64,000 nt of DNA from Bugula neritina (taxonomy: Eukaryota > Animalia > Bryozoa): NCBI GenBank assembly GCA_964035545.1, contig OZ037766.1, forward strand, positions 22,060,767 to 22,124,766, written 5' to 3'. The notes below the pieces were generated by a model that was given only the letters and a program-made list of their open reading frames with translations, did not search any database and was not told the origin of the DNA. Made by a program: the position numbers and the translations under genes. Below are positions 13,192 through 23,903 of the stretch, in pieces. The first letter of the stretch is position 1; each line of letters opens with the position of its first letter.

Positions 13192-14503
13192 ACAAAGTAG
13201 GTGTGCAGTGTGATGGTTCGTTTAGAAACATCGAGTGTCTGAAAATGTGGAGGTGTCTTTCTTTGCCAGAATTAGAGAGGATGAGATGTCCTGTCATAAT
13301 ATAATGGTTCTTGTTGAGCTGTGTGGTTTATAAGAACTTTTTTATGTAACTAAACTTTCCAAATAAAGCATCTGCTTTTATAATAAATTGATACCTAGTC
13401 TAGACAATTCGATTGCATTCCACACTGTGTATGAATCTTGTGGAACAGGCACTATTCATATTATAGTACAACATACTGACCAGTATTGCACAATGATAGG
13501 TTGCCAACAACTGGCATATTAAGTGTTCAGTGTAGGCTAAATAACAGAAGAGTATGATATATTATGTACATTATAATAATTTATAAAGTAGAATTTGTGA
13601 CAAAATGTATATGTATTAATTAGTATATAAGTGAGTCATTCATACCCAATGTTTATTAAGGCTTAACAAAGTATTTCTGTTTACAAGGATGGGTGATTAG
13701 CTTGACGAAACAGACAAAATCTGCTTTCTATGTCGGAACCTTTGCTGACATTTGCGCTGCCTCTCTCTTCGCATTAATATGGTTTGTAAACAGAGACCAT
13801 GATGCAAGAAATGAAAAAGGGGAAGTGACTGCTGCATTTAAGAAAGGAAGTGATCCAAATGAGGAGAAAGATTCAGGAGTTGATGAGGTAAAGCAATTAA
13901 TTGGTTTATATTTAGACACACATACCAGCTGGTGAACAGTTCTAAAAATATAGTGTGGTACATAGTAAAAATTTGATGAAATTTCTAGTTATAATGCAAA
14001 AATTATAAGTTGATTTTGCACCAGTACAAATCAATATCTAAGATTATTTTAACTTCTGTTGCTCCTTATTTTTGATTATATATTCATTAGTCATAGCACT
14101 GCTTATTGTATGTAGATATTTTAAAATGTAACAATAAATCTTATATTTTACAACAATTTTTAAGCAAAGTATTTAGTCTCTATTTAAATTAACTTTCAAT
14201 TTTCTTTGTGCAACCAACTCTTATTTACTTACACACATACTTACTCACAACATGCACACGACAGTTTTGTAAATATTTTACATTTTTATGCTGTTTCTGT
14301 TACTATCGGTGAATGACTTATTTTAGGAAGAGTCTCTTCTTTCACCGAAGGTGATAGTCACAGTGCCTACGGCAGAAGGAAACTTTGACAAGTTGATACA
14401 CTACAGTAATGAGAGGTTTGACAAACTAGCAGCTAAAGATCAGCAGGAGCATAACAGGCGAATGAGAGAGAGGGTTCGAGAAAGCATAACAGAATTAGAC
14501 TGA
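3719..14503 (+). CDS. Monocarboxylate transporter, SLC16/MCT family (MFS), 633 aa
   Basis: Exons 3719-3974, 6160-6309, 6407-6508, 8462-9172, 10301-10480, 10857-10982, 13688-13887, 14327-14503; all GT-AG, total 1902 nt in frame. Motifs PDGGYGWVVV, YYFDKNRALATAIASSGTG, YGWRGS and GPPLAG are present, with a large central loop. Confidence 0.92.
5666..5827. repeat. Compound (CA)n microsatellite with alternating 9/11-nt CAA(CA)n units
   Basis: Read directly; it generates the spurious Cys/Val and His/Thr ORFs. Confidence 0.95.
7305..7510 (+). mobile_element. tRNA-derived SINE
   Basis: B-box-like GGTTCGAG at 7353-7360. Body GAGCATCCAGTCATAATTGCTCCTGTG..AAGTCCTT..GGGATGGCGACTATAA is shared with 25612-25800 and partly with 56735-56782. 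Confidence 0.7.
7633..7955. mobile_element. PIF/Harbinger MITE
   Basis: TIRs AGGCCTGGCCTCAC..GAGAATCACAC / GTGTGATTCTC..TGGCCAGGCCT; 3-bp TSD TTA at 7630-7632 and 7956-7958. Confidence 0.88.
11280..12981 (-). mobile_element. Non-autonomous hAT (Charlie-type) transposon
   Basis: TIRs CAGGGGTGTCCAAC / GTTGGACAGCCCTG; 8-bp TSD GTCTAAAC at 11272-11279 and 12982-12989; GGCCCGCGGGCCGC subterminal motif; internal transposase remnant. Confidence 0.93.
11700..11860 (-). pseudogene. Remnant of hAT/Charlie transposase C-terminus (dimerisation region)
   Basis: Minus strand reads FSQMKYTK/(frameshift)NRYYTSLTNQHLVQQLRVACSDTKLDINRIVQGKQ../QVSH*, resembling the ZBED5/GTF2IRD2-type hAT C-terminus. Confidence 0.8.
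13104..13190. repeat. (GT)n microsatellite
   Basis: Read directly. Confidence 0.97.
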
Positions 14504-17500
14504 ACTAAGTTTAGCTGATATCATCAATAAGGCTAAAGACTATAAAATAATTATCTAGTGATTGCATAACACTGGCCTGTCAATGGAAAACATAAGAATA
14601 ATTAAATTACACCATATGAATTAAAACCTTAATTAGACTAATGGGCAAGTCTATGACCTTGTCATTCATCAGCTCAACTGGTTAGAGCAGTATATGACAG
14701 CATTGTAAAAACTTGCCTTACCAGCTTTTTAGTAAACCAACTTGTATCTTATATGCTTCAACAATCACACATGCAAGTAATGACTCGGTAACCTTGAGTG
14801 GAAGTCAATTTGATTTTATATTTCAAAGGCCTACATTAACTTTTTGTGAAGCTTGGTAATTTAAGGTTTGATAACCATGACTATTATATTGATGTCTAGA
14901 TCAGATTATATATGATGCCATTTACCCTAGCACCTAGCTACTTGATCATATGTAATAACTTCTTTTCAAAAAATTCTTGTTCATATATATATGACCTGAT
15001 TGGTTTACTGATAGATGTGCATGTGATGAGTAATATTACAATTGTATATACCTCTTAAAAATGTATCAATAAGTAAAGAAAATATTATCTATCAGCATTA
15101 CAATACTATTATGTATCATAATTAGTTACTATAATATTATTTTGGCATCATTAATCATATTCTTATTTTTGTAAAAATAGTGCACTCATATGTTTATATT
15201 ATATAAAGAACACCTGTATAATCCAGACCTGTGTTTTCAATTAAGATTAACCGCACCCCTACAGTGTCTAACAAAAGTTGGCAATGAAGAGCATGGAGTA
15301 TAGACTAAGAGAAACAATGAGCAAAAAAAATGATAGTCTAAACACCTAATAAATAGCTATTGCACACAAATTAAACAGCTAATAGCAAAAAGAAACTATC
15401 TATGTACTGGCAAGTTCTATACATCCAGCATATATATTTCTATATGTTTGTAAAACCAGCTGTTTACTTTGTGTTTCATTCAAGTTTCATCATTGTCTCT
15501 AACCTCTATCTGCAATCTTCAGTGTCTCACAACAATCACTCCATATTTTCTATAGACCACAACAAGAGACGAATGTAAAACTGTCAGCTTTCAAATTGAT
15601 TGATAGTAACTTTGCTATTAGTTAATTATTGCAGCAATCGGCCTAATTATTTAATAAAGTACCATCTCAAAGTCTTGCGGAGTATTGAATTCCATTAAAC
15701 AAATTTCATCTATGCTGACTAAATTGATTCAAGTTATTGCGTGACAATGACCACTCACTGACATAAAAGTGACATGTTCCCCAAACTATTTCAAGTAAAA
15801 ATAATTGGGACCACTTAGATTTCCATAAATATTGCACAGTCTGTTTCATCATGTGACGAAAGCAAACTATGAACACTCATTGCACCAAACATTATAATGG
15901 GTGTGACTTAGTTCAAAATAAGAACATTGTAGAACATTATATATATATATATATATGATAGTATTGTATTGGAGACAGTCTCCAAAAAATACAGCAATAT
16001 AAATTAATTTGTCTATAAACCAGCATCTAGCTGAAGTACTTAAAATACTACTGAAGGAATTGCACCATCAGGTTGTACAGACAAAAAAAGTATTTTTGGC
16101 CTACAATCAGTTAAAACTTGAAATCAAAATTACTAGTTCATTCCCAAGACATGATAGCCAAAAACATTATACAACACTTATATTAGATCTGGATATTCAT
16201 TTGACAGCTGGCGTTATTTTGAAGCAAGGATTGTTTCAGAGTTTTAATTTCAGTTTTCAACTGTATGGTTATTATATGTATCATTATGAAAACCAGACTA
16301 AATTTCAATTTGTTCAACTTTTAGTTATTCCTAAAATGCAAGACTGGTTTTGCTCAAGAAATAATTTGCAACCCCACGATGATGATGAAGCCTTTAGTGC
16401 ATTCCAATTTCATGTTATTTTTCAATTTAACTTGAGGCAACATGACTAATTGAAGATTACCAAAAGTAAATCAATCAATAAATTAAAATCATGTTCATCA
16501 TACAACTATTACTAATACTATAAGTATACAACCTACAAGTGATGACTTAATTAAAATATTAGAAATAATAAAAGTAACCAATAACTAAAATTAGTACAGC
16601 ACAGTAATACTAATAGCAAGTCCAAATCACTTTTAAGGTACCTAGCTATTATTCGCTGAATCCAGATTTGAATATTTGGACATTTTTAGATTTCAGTCAA
16701 TGTCAGCTTTTAATTTAATTATTGAAGTATGAATTTGACAAAGTTATTGTGAAACTGCTTGGACTAAACAATCAAATTTGTAAAAAAAACTATAAGCAAT
16801 CAACAATAACTGCATGCCCATAAATTTAAAATTTAAATTTAGGCAAGCAAAAATTTCTAGTACTAATATTACTAGAAATTTTTATTAGCTTAAAGTTTAT
16901 CCCTTAAGGCTAATGATTAACTATTGCTAAATAGTAATACTATAACTGGGTCATTCCACGCCAACTCAACGAGGTTTTTGAGGATTTTCACTGACCCGTC
17001 TCAGATTTTTTCGAAATTTTAGTATGGTATTCCAAAATATGTCAATTAAAAAAATATCAAATATTAGCCCTTAATTCCTAATAGTTTTGTAGTTATGGCA
17101 CTTTTTGTGAGCAAAGGTTGGTAAAAAATCGGTACTTTTTTCATGGGTTTCGGTACCGAAGGTCAACTTCATGGGTTTATATCTCAGAGACGATTCAAGA
17201 CAAACCTTTCATACTTTTATGGATGATAGTTCTACATGATTTTTTTCGAATTAAAGCATCAAATCTGCTATAAATGTTGAGAAAAATTTTCTGTTGCATT
17301 ACGTTTTTAGGCCAAAAATTTGGCAATTTTTCAAAATTTTCAATTTTCAGGCACTTAAAACTCACCTTTTACAAATAGCTATGATCTTGATATTTTCAGC
17401 ACCTAACAACTATATTATATATATCACATTAAAATGGTTTCAGCTTTTTATTGGCATAAGTTTCATCACAATTTCGTGTTGAAATCTAAAGATTTGGAAA

Positions 17501-18049
17501 TTATGCGCTATTTCATGAGGAGAAAACTCAATGTGGGTATAAATGAATTTTTTTAAAAATGGTTTCATTTTAAAGATGTTGGTATATATTATGTTATATT
17601 AAAAACTGAACGTTTGTATATTGTTCCTTCATAGAAAAATTTTGGATTAAATTGACGCATTTTTTCGATTTTCGCCTATATTTAAAACTACACTCTATAC
17701 AGTTACTAAACATGCAAAAAGTCATAAGAAATACCAAAATTGTTTACATATTATCTGCAATCATTTTCATAACATTTGAATTTAATTTGGGTATCAGTAA
17801 TCTTTATGCTTCATAAAATTGATTAAACTGGGTTCATTTTAGTTAAAACCGATAAACTGTTAGAATTTAAAAGCGCAATGGATTTAAATCTAATGAATGA
17901 GAAAAGAAAAATTTTACAATCATCATTTATAATTGAATGGCATATTTATGAAAGTTTGCCCAAAATTTTTACATAAATCCTGAATAATATCCATGAGAGG
18001 AAGGTTGCATCAGTTGCATCATATGCCTGTAGGTAGTGCTTCTTTCCAT

Positions 18050-18975
18050 TGAATGTAATCGGTGTCTTAACATAACAGATTACACATTGTTTTGGTGCCC
18101 AGCCTTTATCCTCCAGGGAAGGCCAGTGAAATGGTATGTCCATAGAAGTGCATAAATTTAATGAGTAGATCATTTTCTTCCCAAAATTTGGTTAGGACAC
18201 AACCTACTCACCAGTTCTCATCATATGTGCATCTGTTAAAATGTTCTACTCTTGGGCAACAAATTTTACCATGTTTACATAAAGTTCACCTTAGATGAAA
18301 ACAGCAGTTTGTATTGTTGTATCATTTGCTGACATTTTCTTGGCAGTCAGTTCTTTGCTAACTGTAAGGGTAAAACAATGATATTCACAGGTACCAGGCA
18401 CGGTCTTTGCAAGTGAGAAGTGAGCATATTTTGAGACGGGAATGATTAGTGATAGAGAAAAAAGTCACATTTTCTATATGTGGGATGAGTCCCACTAAAA
18501 CAAGTCTTGGGGATTTAACAAATGTCTGGGAGTTACTGCTTGCAAATCTGCTTTAGCAGCTTTTCTTTTAATCGGTCCACCTACACCATCACAGGCATTT
18601 ATGTCATGACTGGTTGAAAAAGAGTTCCACTAAGCATGAAATCTAAAATCATCTTCACGAGACACGAAATTTACAATTTTTTTTAAATTCTTATATTGGG
18701 CAGCTAGCTGCTCCGTCAGAGAAATAATAAATCTTCTTCAAGTGGGAGACACTTTCTTCACAAGATTCACGACTGGTTTCTAAAACATGCTGATAGGAAC
18801 ATGTGTCATGTTGCAAACAGTCACTTATTATACACATGCAGTAATTAGGTTTAATCTCCCAATCTTCGACAGGATATGCCACAAAGGGATTTATGGCAGG
18901 TTAGGAATTTTACCAGAGAAACCACTGCACCGCATTGTAACAAATAGTCCTTCGAAACCAAAAAAATTCAGGCTT
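18050..18975 (-). pseudogene. Disrupted Sola2-type DDD transposase
   Basis: Minus-strand fragments IISDCLQHDT, KIYYFSDGAAS, FSTSHDINACDGVGGPIKRKA, TVPGTCEYHCF and FHWPSLED, interrupted by stops and frameshifts. Confidence 0.8.
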
Positions 18976-19358
18976 TAGCATTCTATGTCTATAGACCTAA
19001 ATATGTAAATAGCAATATTTATGTAAGATTTTCTGGTTTATCAGGAAATTGAGGATTTTTTGTCTAATTTACTTTATACATAGTTGAAGAAACAATTGCT
19101 AAAACCCGCATCTCTTTTTCACCCTACCCTTCACTCACTCACCCACACCCTCAGCCACCCATCATCTCTTACCTTCTTCCTGTAAAAAGCCACACGCACG
19201 CACGCAGGCATGCACGCACACTGCAAGAAACCTGCTCTCTCAGTTTAGCTGGCTTGCTAATAATAAAATACATTTTGTCAGTATGCTTCATGAAGGTATC
19301 TCTACTTGATAAATTTACAGGTTGGAGCGGGGTGGTGATTGTTTGGTAAAGGAATAGG

Positions 19359-19360
<2 letters not shown>

Positions 19361-19453
<93 letters not shown>
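19361..19453. repeat. (TA)n microsatellite inside the Sola2 element
   Basis: Read directly. Confidence 0.97.
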
Positions 19454-19455
<2 letters not shown>

Positions 19456-21274
19456 GTGTGTATATGTATGTATATACATGCATGAGGAGTGGTGCATGGG
19501 GAGCAAGTGAGGGAGGTGCAAATGGAAGGGCAGAGAATAATGAGAATTATACTGAAAGCATCATGGAACCTATCATAAAATACATTAATTTAGTCAAATA
19601 TTTACTCATGAGAAAACAATATGCATTCATTGATTCTTTGAGAAATAAATTTTTTTTATACATATAAACCCACAAGTGACAATTGTAATAATGTTCTTTT
19701 TATATTAACTAGATTTAAATCTATTGTGCTTTTAAATTCTAACAGTTTATCCGTTTTTTTTATAAAATGAACCCAGTTCAATCAATCTTATGAAGTATAA
19801 CGATTGATGATACCCAAATTAAATTTAAATGTTATGAAAATGATTGCAGATAATATGTAAACAATTTTGGTATTTTTTATGACTTTTTGCACGTTTCAGT
19901 AACTGTATAAATTGTAGTTTAAATATAAGCGAAAATCGAAAAAAATGCGTCAATTTAATCCAAAATTTTTCCATGAAGGATCAATATACAAACGTTCAGT
20001 TTTTAATATAGCATAATATATACCACCGTCTTTAAAGTGAAACCATTTTTAAAAACATTCATTTATACCCACATTGAGTTTTCTCCTCATGAAATAGCGC
20101 ATAATTTCAAAATTTTAGGATTTCAACACGAAATTGTGATGAAACTTATGCCAGTAAAAAACTGAAACTTTTTTAATGTGATATATATAATATAGTTGTT
20201 AGGTGCTGAAAATATCAAGATCATAGCTATTTGTAAAAGGTGAGTTTTAAGTGCCTGAAAATTGAAAATTTTGAAAAATTGCCAAATTTTTGGCCTAAAA
20301 ACGTAATGCAACAGAAAATCTTTCCTAACATTTATGGCAGATTTGATGCTTTAATTCGAATAAAATCATGTAGAACTATCATCCATAAAAGTATGAAAGG
20401 TTTGTCTTGAATCGTCTCCGAGATATAAACCCATGAAGTTGACCTTCGGTACCGAAACCCATGAAAAAAGTACCGATTTTTTACCAACCTTTGCTCACAT
20501 AAAGTGCCATAACTACAAAACTATTAGGAATTAAGGGCTAATATTTGATATTTTTTTAATTGACATGTTCTGGAATACTATACTAAAATTTCAAAAAAAT
20601 CTGAGATGGGTCGGTTTTGGCCTTGTTGAGTTGGCGTAGAATGACCCAACTATAATCTATTAGTATTGCATTTACAATACTGACTCATAATATTACTGTG
20701 ACTTACTCACTAATACTAATCGGTAATAACATAACTTAAAATCTTAGTATAACAGAGTCTGATAGTGCAAGTGATTTACTGTCGTTTGGCACAGAAGTGC
20801 CTCGTACACTGGTCATTTTGTATACGAAATGGCCATTTTGTACACAAAATGAATAATAAATCAATCTACTGGATAACCACTTGAATGATACTAGTTCACT
20901 TATTCATTGCATCCCAGCTTTTTCTCTCAGCACGTTGTTGAAACAAAAAATAATATATTCATTAACTATTTGTTGCCATTTACGGATAACAATATCTACA
21001 CTAAAACAGCAATCCCTAACACCTACATATTACAATAATAAATAAGCATGCAGCGAAATGAAATGTGCAAGTTAGTTGTGAGCAGTAATGTATCACTGGC
21101 ACATCAAATAATAAATAAATATAAGAAATATGTATTTTAGTTCATTTATTATTTATATTGATGTGTACAAATCGACCCGAGAAGGTGGGTACAAAATTGC
21201 ACCCATATAAGTATCACTTTAGCTTCAGTTATAGTATTAGTATTACTAGAACTATTATTATTAGTGTTAGAAAA

Positions 21275-21820
21275 AATACAAGGTAATATTAAAGGCCAGG
21301 ACGATGTCAAAAGTACCATGAAGAAACTCTGCCTACAGCCTTTTAAACAAAGAAGGAGAACCAGGCATATTAATCTCCTTATGAAGATTTTAACAAAAGA
21401 AGAATAACATCTGGCTCTCAGCTCTGTCTATGATGACCTGCTGAACAAACCAACAGCACTATATAGACTCGCTCCCAAACAAGGGGACGGCCCCGATCAA
21501 TGGGTGCTAACAGTACCAAGCACCTGAACAGTTTTCACCCATGGACTATCCAGGATCTGAAAATTGGTCACAATCAAGGTAATAATTAGGAGATTTACAC
21601 ATAGATAGGATTAAGTTTTTGTTCAGTCAATACAGCTCAATGAGTACTAGCTGTTAGCGTATGGCTATTGAGTATTGACCAATGGGCAATGACTGACCAA
21701 CATATCAGTTATGAGTATTATCATTGGCATTAGTGTTTGGCAGCACACCCCTTCCTCTATCAGTCTATGTGGCTTTAGGGTGGCCCAGTGTAATGATCAC
21801 TTCGAGTAGGTTCGAGCACA
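21275..21820 (+). mobile_element. 5'-truncated LINE 3' fragment (ORF2 C-terminus plus 3' UTR), related to the element at 49951
   Basis: IKGQDDVKSTMKKLCLQPFKQRRRTRHINLLMKILTKEE*HLALSSVY..NSFHPWTIQDLK aligns by eye with LKGRESVTDARN*LGLKTLASRRRDHRVGLLVRILGDEEHHSALSTSY..DNFLPRTIRDMR at ~51260-51540. The 3' boundary is approximate. Confidence 0.75.
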
Positions 21821-22169
21821 TTCATTATTAGTATCCTTTTAGTCTTGAACTTTAGGTTTAAGTATAACTATTAGTATTACTATTGCCTATTGGACTATAT
21901 CAACGACAACTGACAAATAAAATATTTATTATCAATATCATAATGATAATCTAAATCATTAATCATTAATGATAATTATTATTATTTGGTATTTTAATTT
22001 ATTTTTAAAGATAATCATATAAATTAATATAAAATTATATTCAATAATTTATTTGATAATCATAATGATTATCAAATTATTATTAAAATTTTAATATCAT
22101 AATCAATATCAATCTCAAACAGAAATGACCATCGTAATCATCGTAATGATTACATCTTGATCTTCACTT

Positions 22170-22796
22170 CATCTTGTAGAGGCGGAAAAAAATTCTAAAT
22201 AGTGATCAAAATTCAACAACGATTACACAAAAACCATTCTCATTAGGTATTACATTTACTAATGCTATTACTATTAGTATTACCATTACCGAAAGGGCAT
22301 TATGATAATTATTATAATATCTTACGCTGCACACTGCCAGTAAATCTATGTAATGCTAGTATTTTATGCGGATGCGCAACCTTTCCCGGAAATAGAGCAG
22401 AATTTTTACTGACACGGCTATTGATTGGTCAGAAAATACGCGGCAGTTTTAGAATTGTAACAGATATCCCACTACTATATTATTATTCATCCTGTCATTA
22501 CTGACATGCTCGTCACGAGTTATACATCTGCTATAGTAATACTAATATTCACAGCGATAGTCACTATCAGTATCATCAAAAAGGAACAAACTTCACGCCG
22601 TAAGCAGTAATATACCTTGATCTCACATTTTAGTTGTTGTTTGATAATTACAAGCTGAAACTTTCCTATTAGTATTACTATTAGTATTATTATTTATTAT
22701 TAAGATTAAGAATAAGTCTAACTCATAATTTTGCGCCTGTAGCCGTAGGACTAGGTTTTAGCAGAGTGTTCGAATTTTAATTTTTACGAGGTGAGT
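22170..22796 (+). promoter_or_regulatory. Putative KIF11 promoter and non-coding first exon
   Basis: Locally CpG-rich. E2F-like GGCGGAAAA 22181, inverted CCAAT (ATTGG) 22424, TTTTGCGCC 22729, CHR-like TTCGAA 22769. Donor GAG|GTGAGT at 22790/22791; acceptor ttatag at 23816 upstream of the ATG. Confidence 0.5.
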
Positions 22797-23903
22797 TAGT
22801 GTTACTGTTAGGTGAGTTAACTCTATTAGTATTACTATTACTATTAGTATTAGACTTAGTATTACTATTAGTATTAGACTTAGTATTACGATTACTCATA
22901 GTTACAGTTAATTACTAAATGTTATTTACTAATTTAGTTTTACCTTAGCCTTTGCCTTTGGCTTTAGACTTAGTAATACTAATAGTAATAGTTGTTGCAG
23001 TAGCTTTTTGGCAGCTTTCCAAAAATCATTGTGTAAGTGTAACGAAAGCTATTTGTGAAAGCTTTCGCGATAGCTATTTACTGACAGTTTTTGGTAGATG
23101 AGTCAGTGTAGCTCAGTTTTCCTCCTGCTAAAGATGCAGGCAATCTATACTTAATTGTCAAAATAATTGTAAGTATCAAGTATTATATTATCTTTTGTTT
23201 TGAACTTCGTTAACTAAATGTTTTGTCAGCTATGTAATTAATGTTAAGTTAACAATATGTTTGTAATTTTCATGGTTATAGGTTACAGTAAAGTAGAGTA
23301 AAGTATGAGTACAAGTATGAGTATGAGTCTAAGTATGAATGAAGTCTAACTTAGAAAATATACTGTTGGCAATAGACAAAAATAGAGTTGTGGTCTGCAT
23401 CTGTGTCCTCCATCCATTCACCCTTTATTAAGTGAATCACAATACATAGGCATCCGTGCCAAACAGCATCCTTGCTGACGCAACAACAATTATCAGCTGA
23501 TACAGTAACCACTATCGGCTGTCACAATAGTAATAGTTATAATAATACTAATCAATAATCATACTGATAGTGATACTCATACTCATGTCTTATACTCATA
23601 CTAATGCCGATAATGATTATGAGGCTCATACTCATGGCGATACTCATACTGCTAGTGATACTGATTATTTATTAAATACAATATCTAAATATGAGATAAC
23701 GATTATAATGTTAGTCATAAGATAATGATCAATGATAATGTAAATGGATTAGTAATACTAATAGAGATTGATATCTTATCTCACAGATAGCGTTACTGTT
23801 GTTACTGATTTTATAGTCGAAGTTCTCAAGGCACAGGCAACTTTGTAGCAGCAACTCAAGGTGAAACTGCTTATGTGTTTTCATCACCACTGTCACAATC
23901 ATC

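Larger units (their letters stand above)
16948..20647 (-). mobile_element. Sola2-type DNA transposon with ~945-bp TIRs and decayed transposase
   Basis: Termini GGGTCATTC..GAATGACCC; 4-bp TSD AACT at 16944-16947 and 20648-20651; arms ~16948-17892 and ~19710-20647 (mirror ORFs 17294+ and 20123-). GRG termini, long TIRs and a 4-bp TSD fit Sola2. Confidence 0.88.

Noticed and set aside
16009-16449. 146-aa ORF on the + strand
   Set aside because: It has a non-ATG start, no recognisable domain and no consistent exon boundaries.
17294-20311. Mirror-image ORF pairs (17294+/20123-, 36060-/39906+, 36475+/39546-) as duplicated genes
   Set aside because: They are chance ORFs inside long terminal inverted repeats.
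20805-21205. Possible MITE with GGTCATTTTGTAC / GTACAAAATTGCACC inverted motifs
   Set aside because: The ends are too degenerate and I could not identify a TSD.
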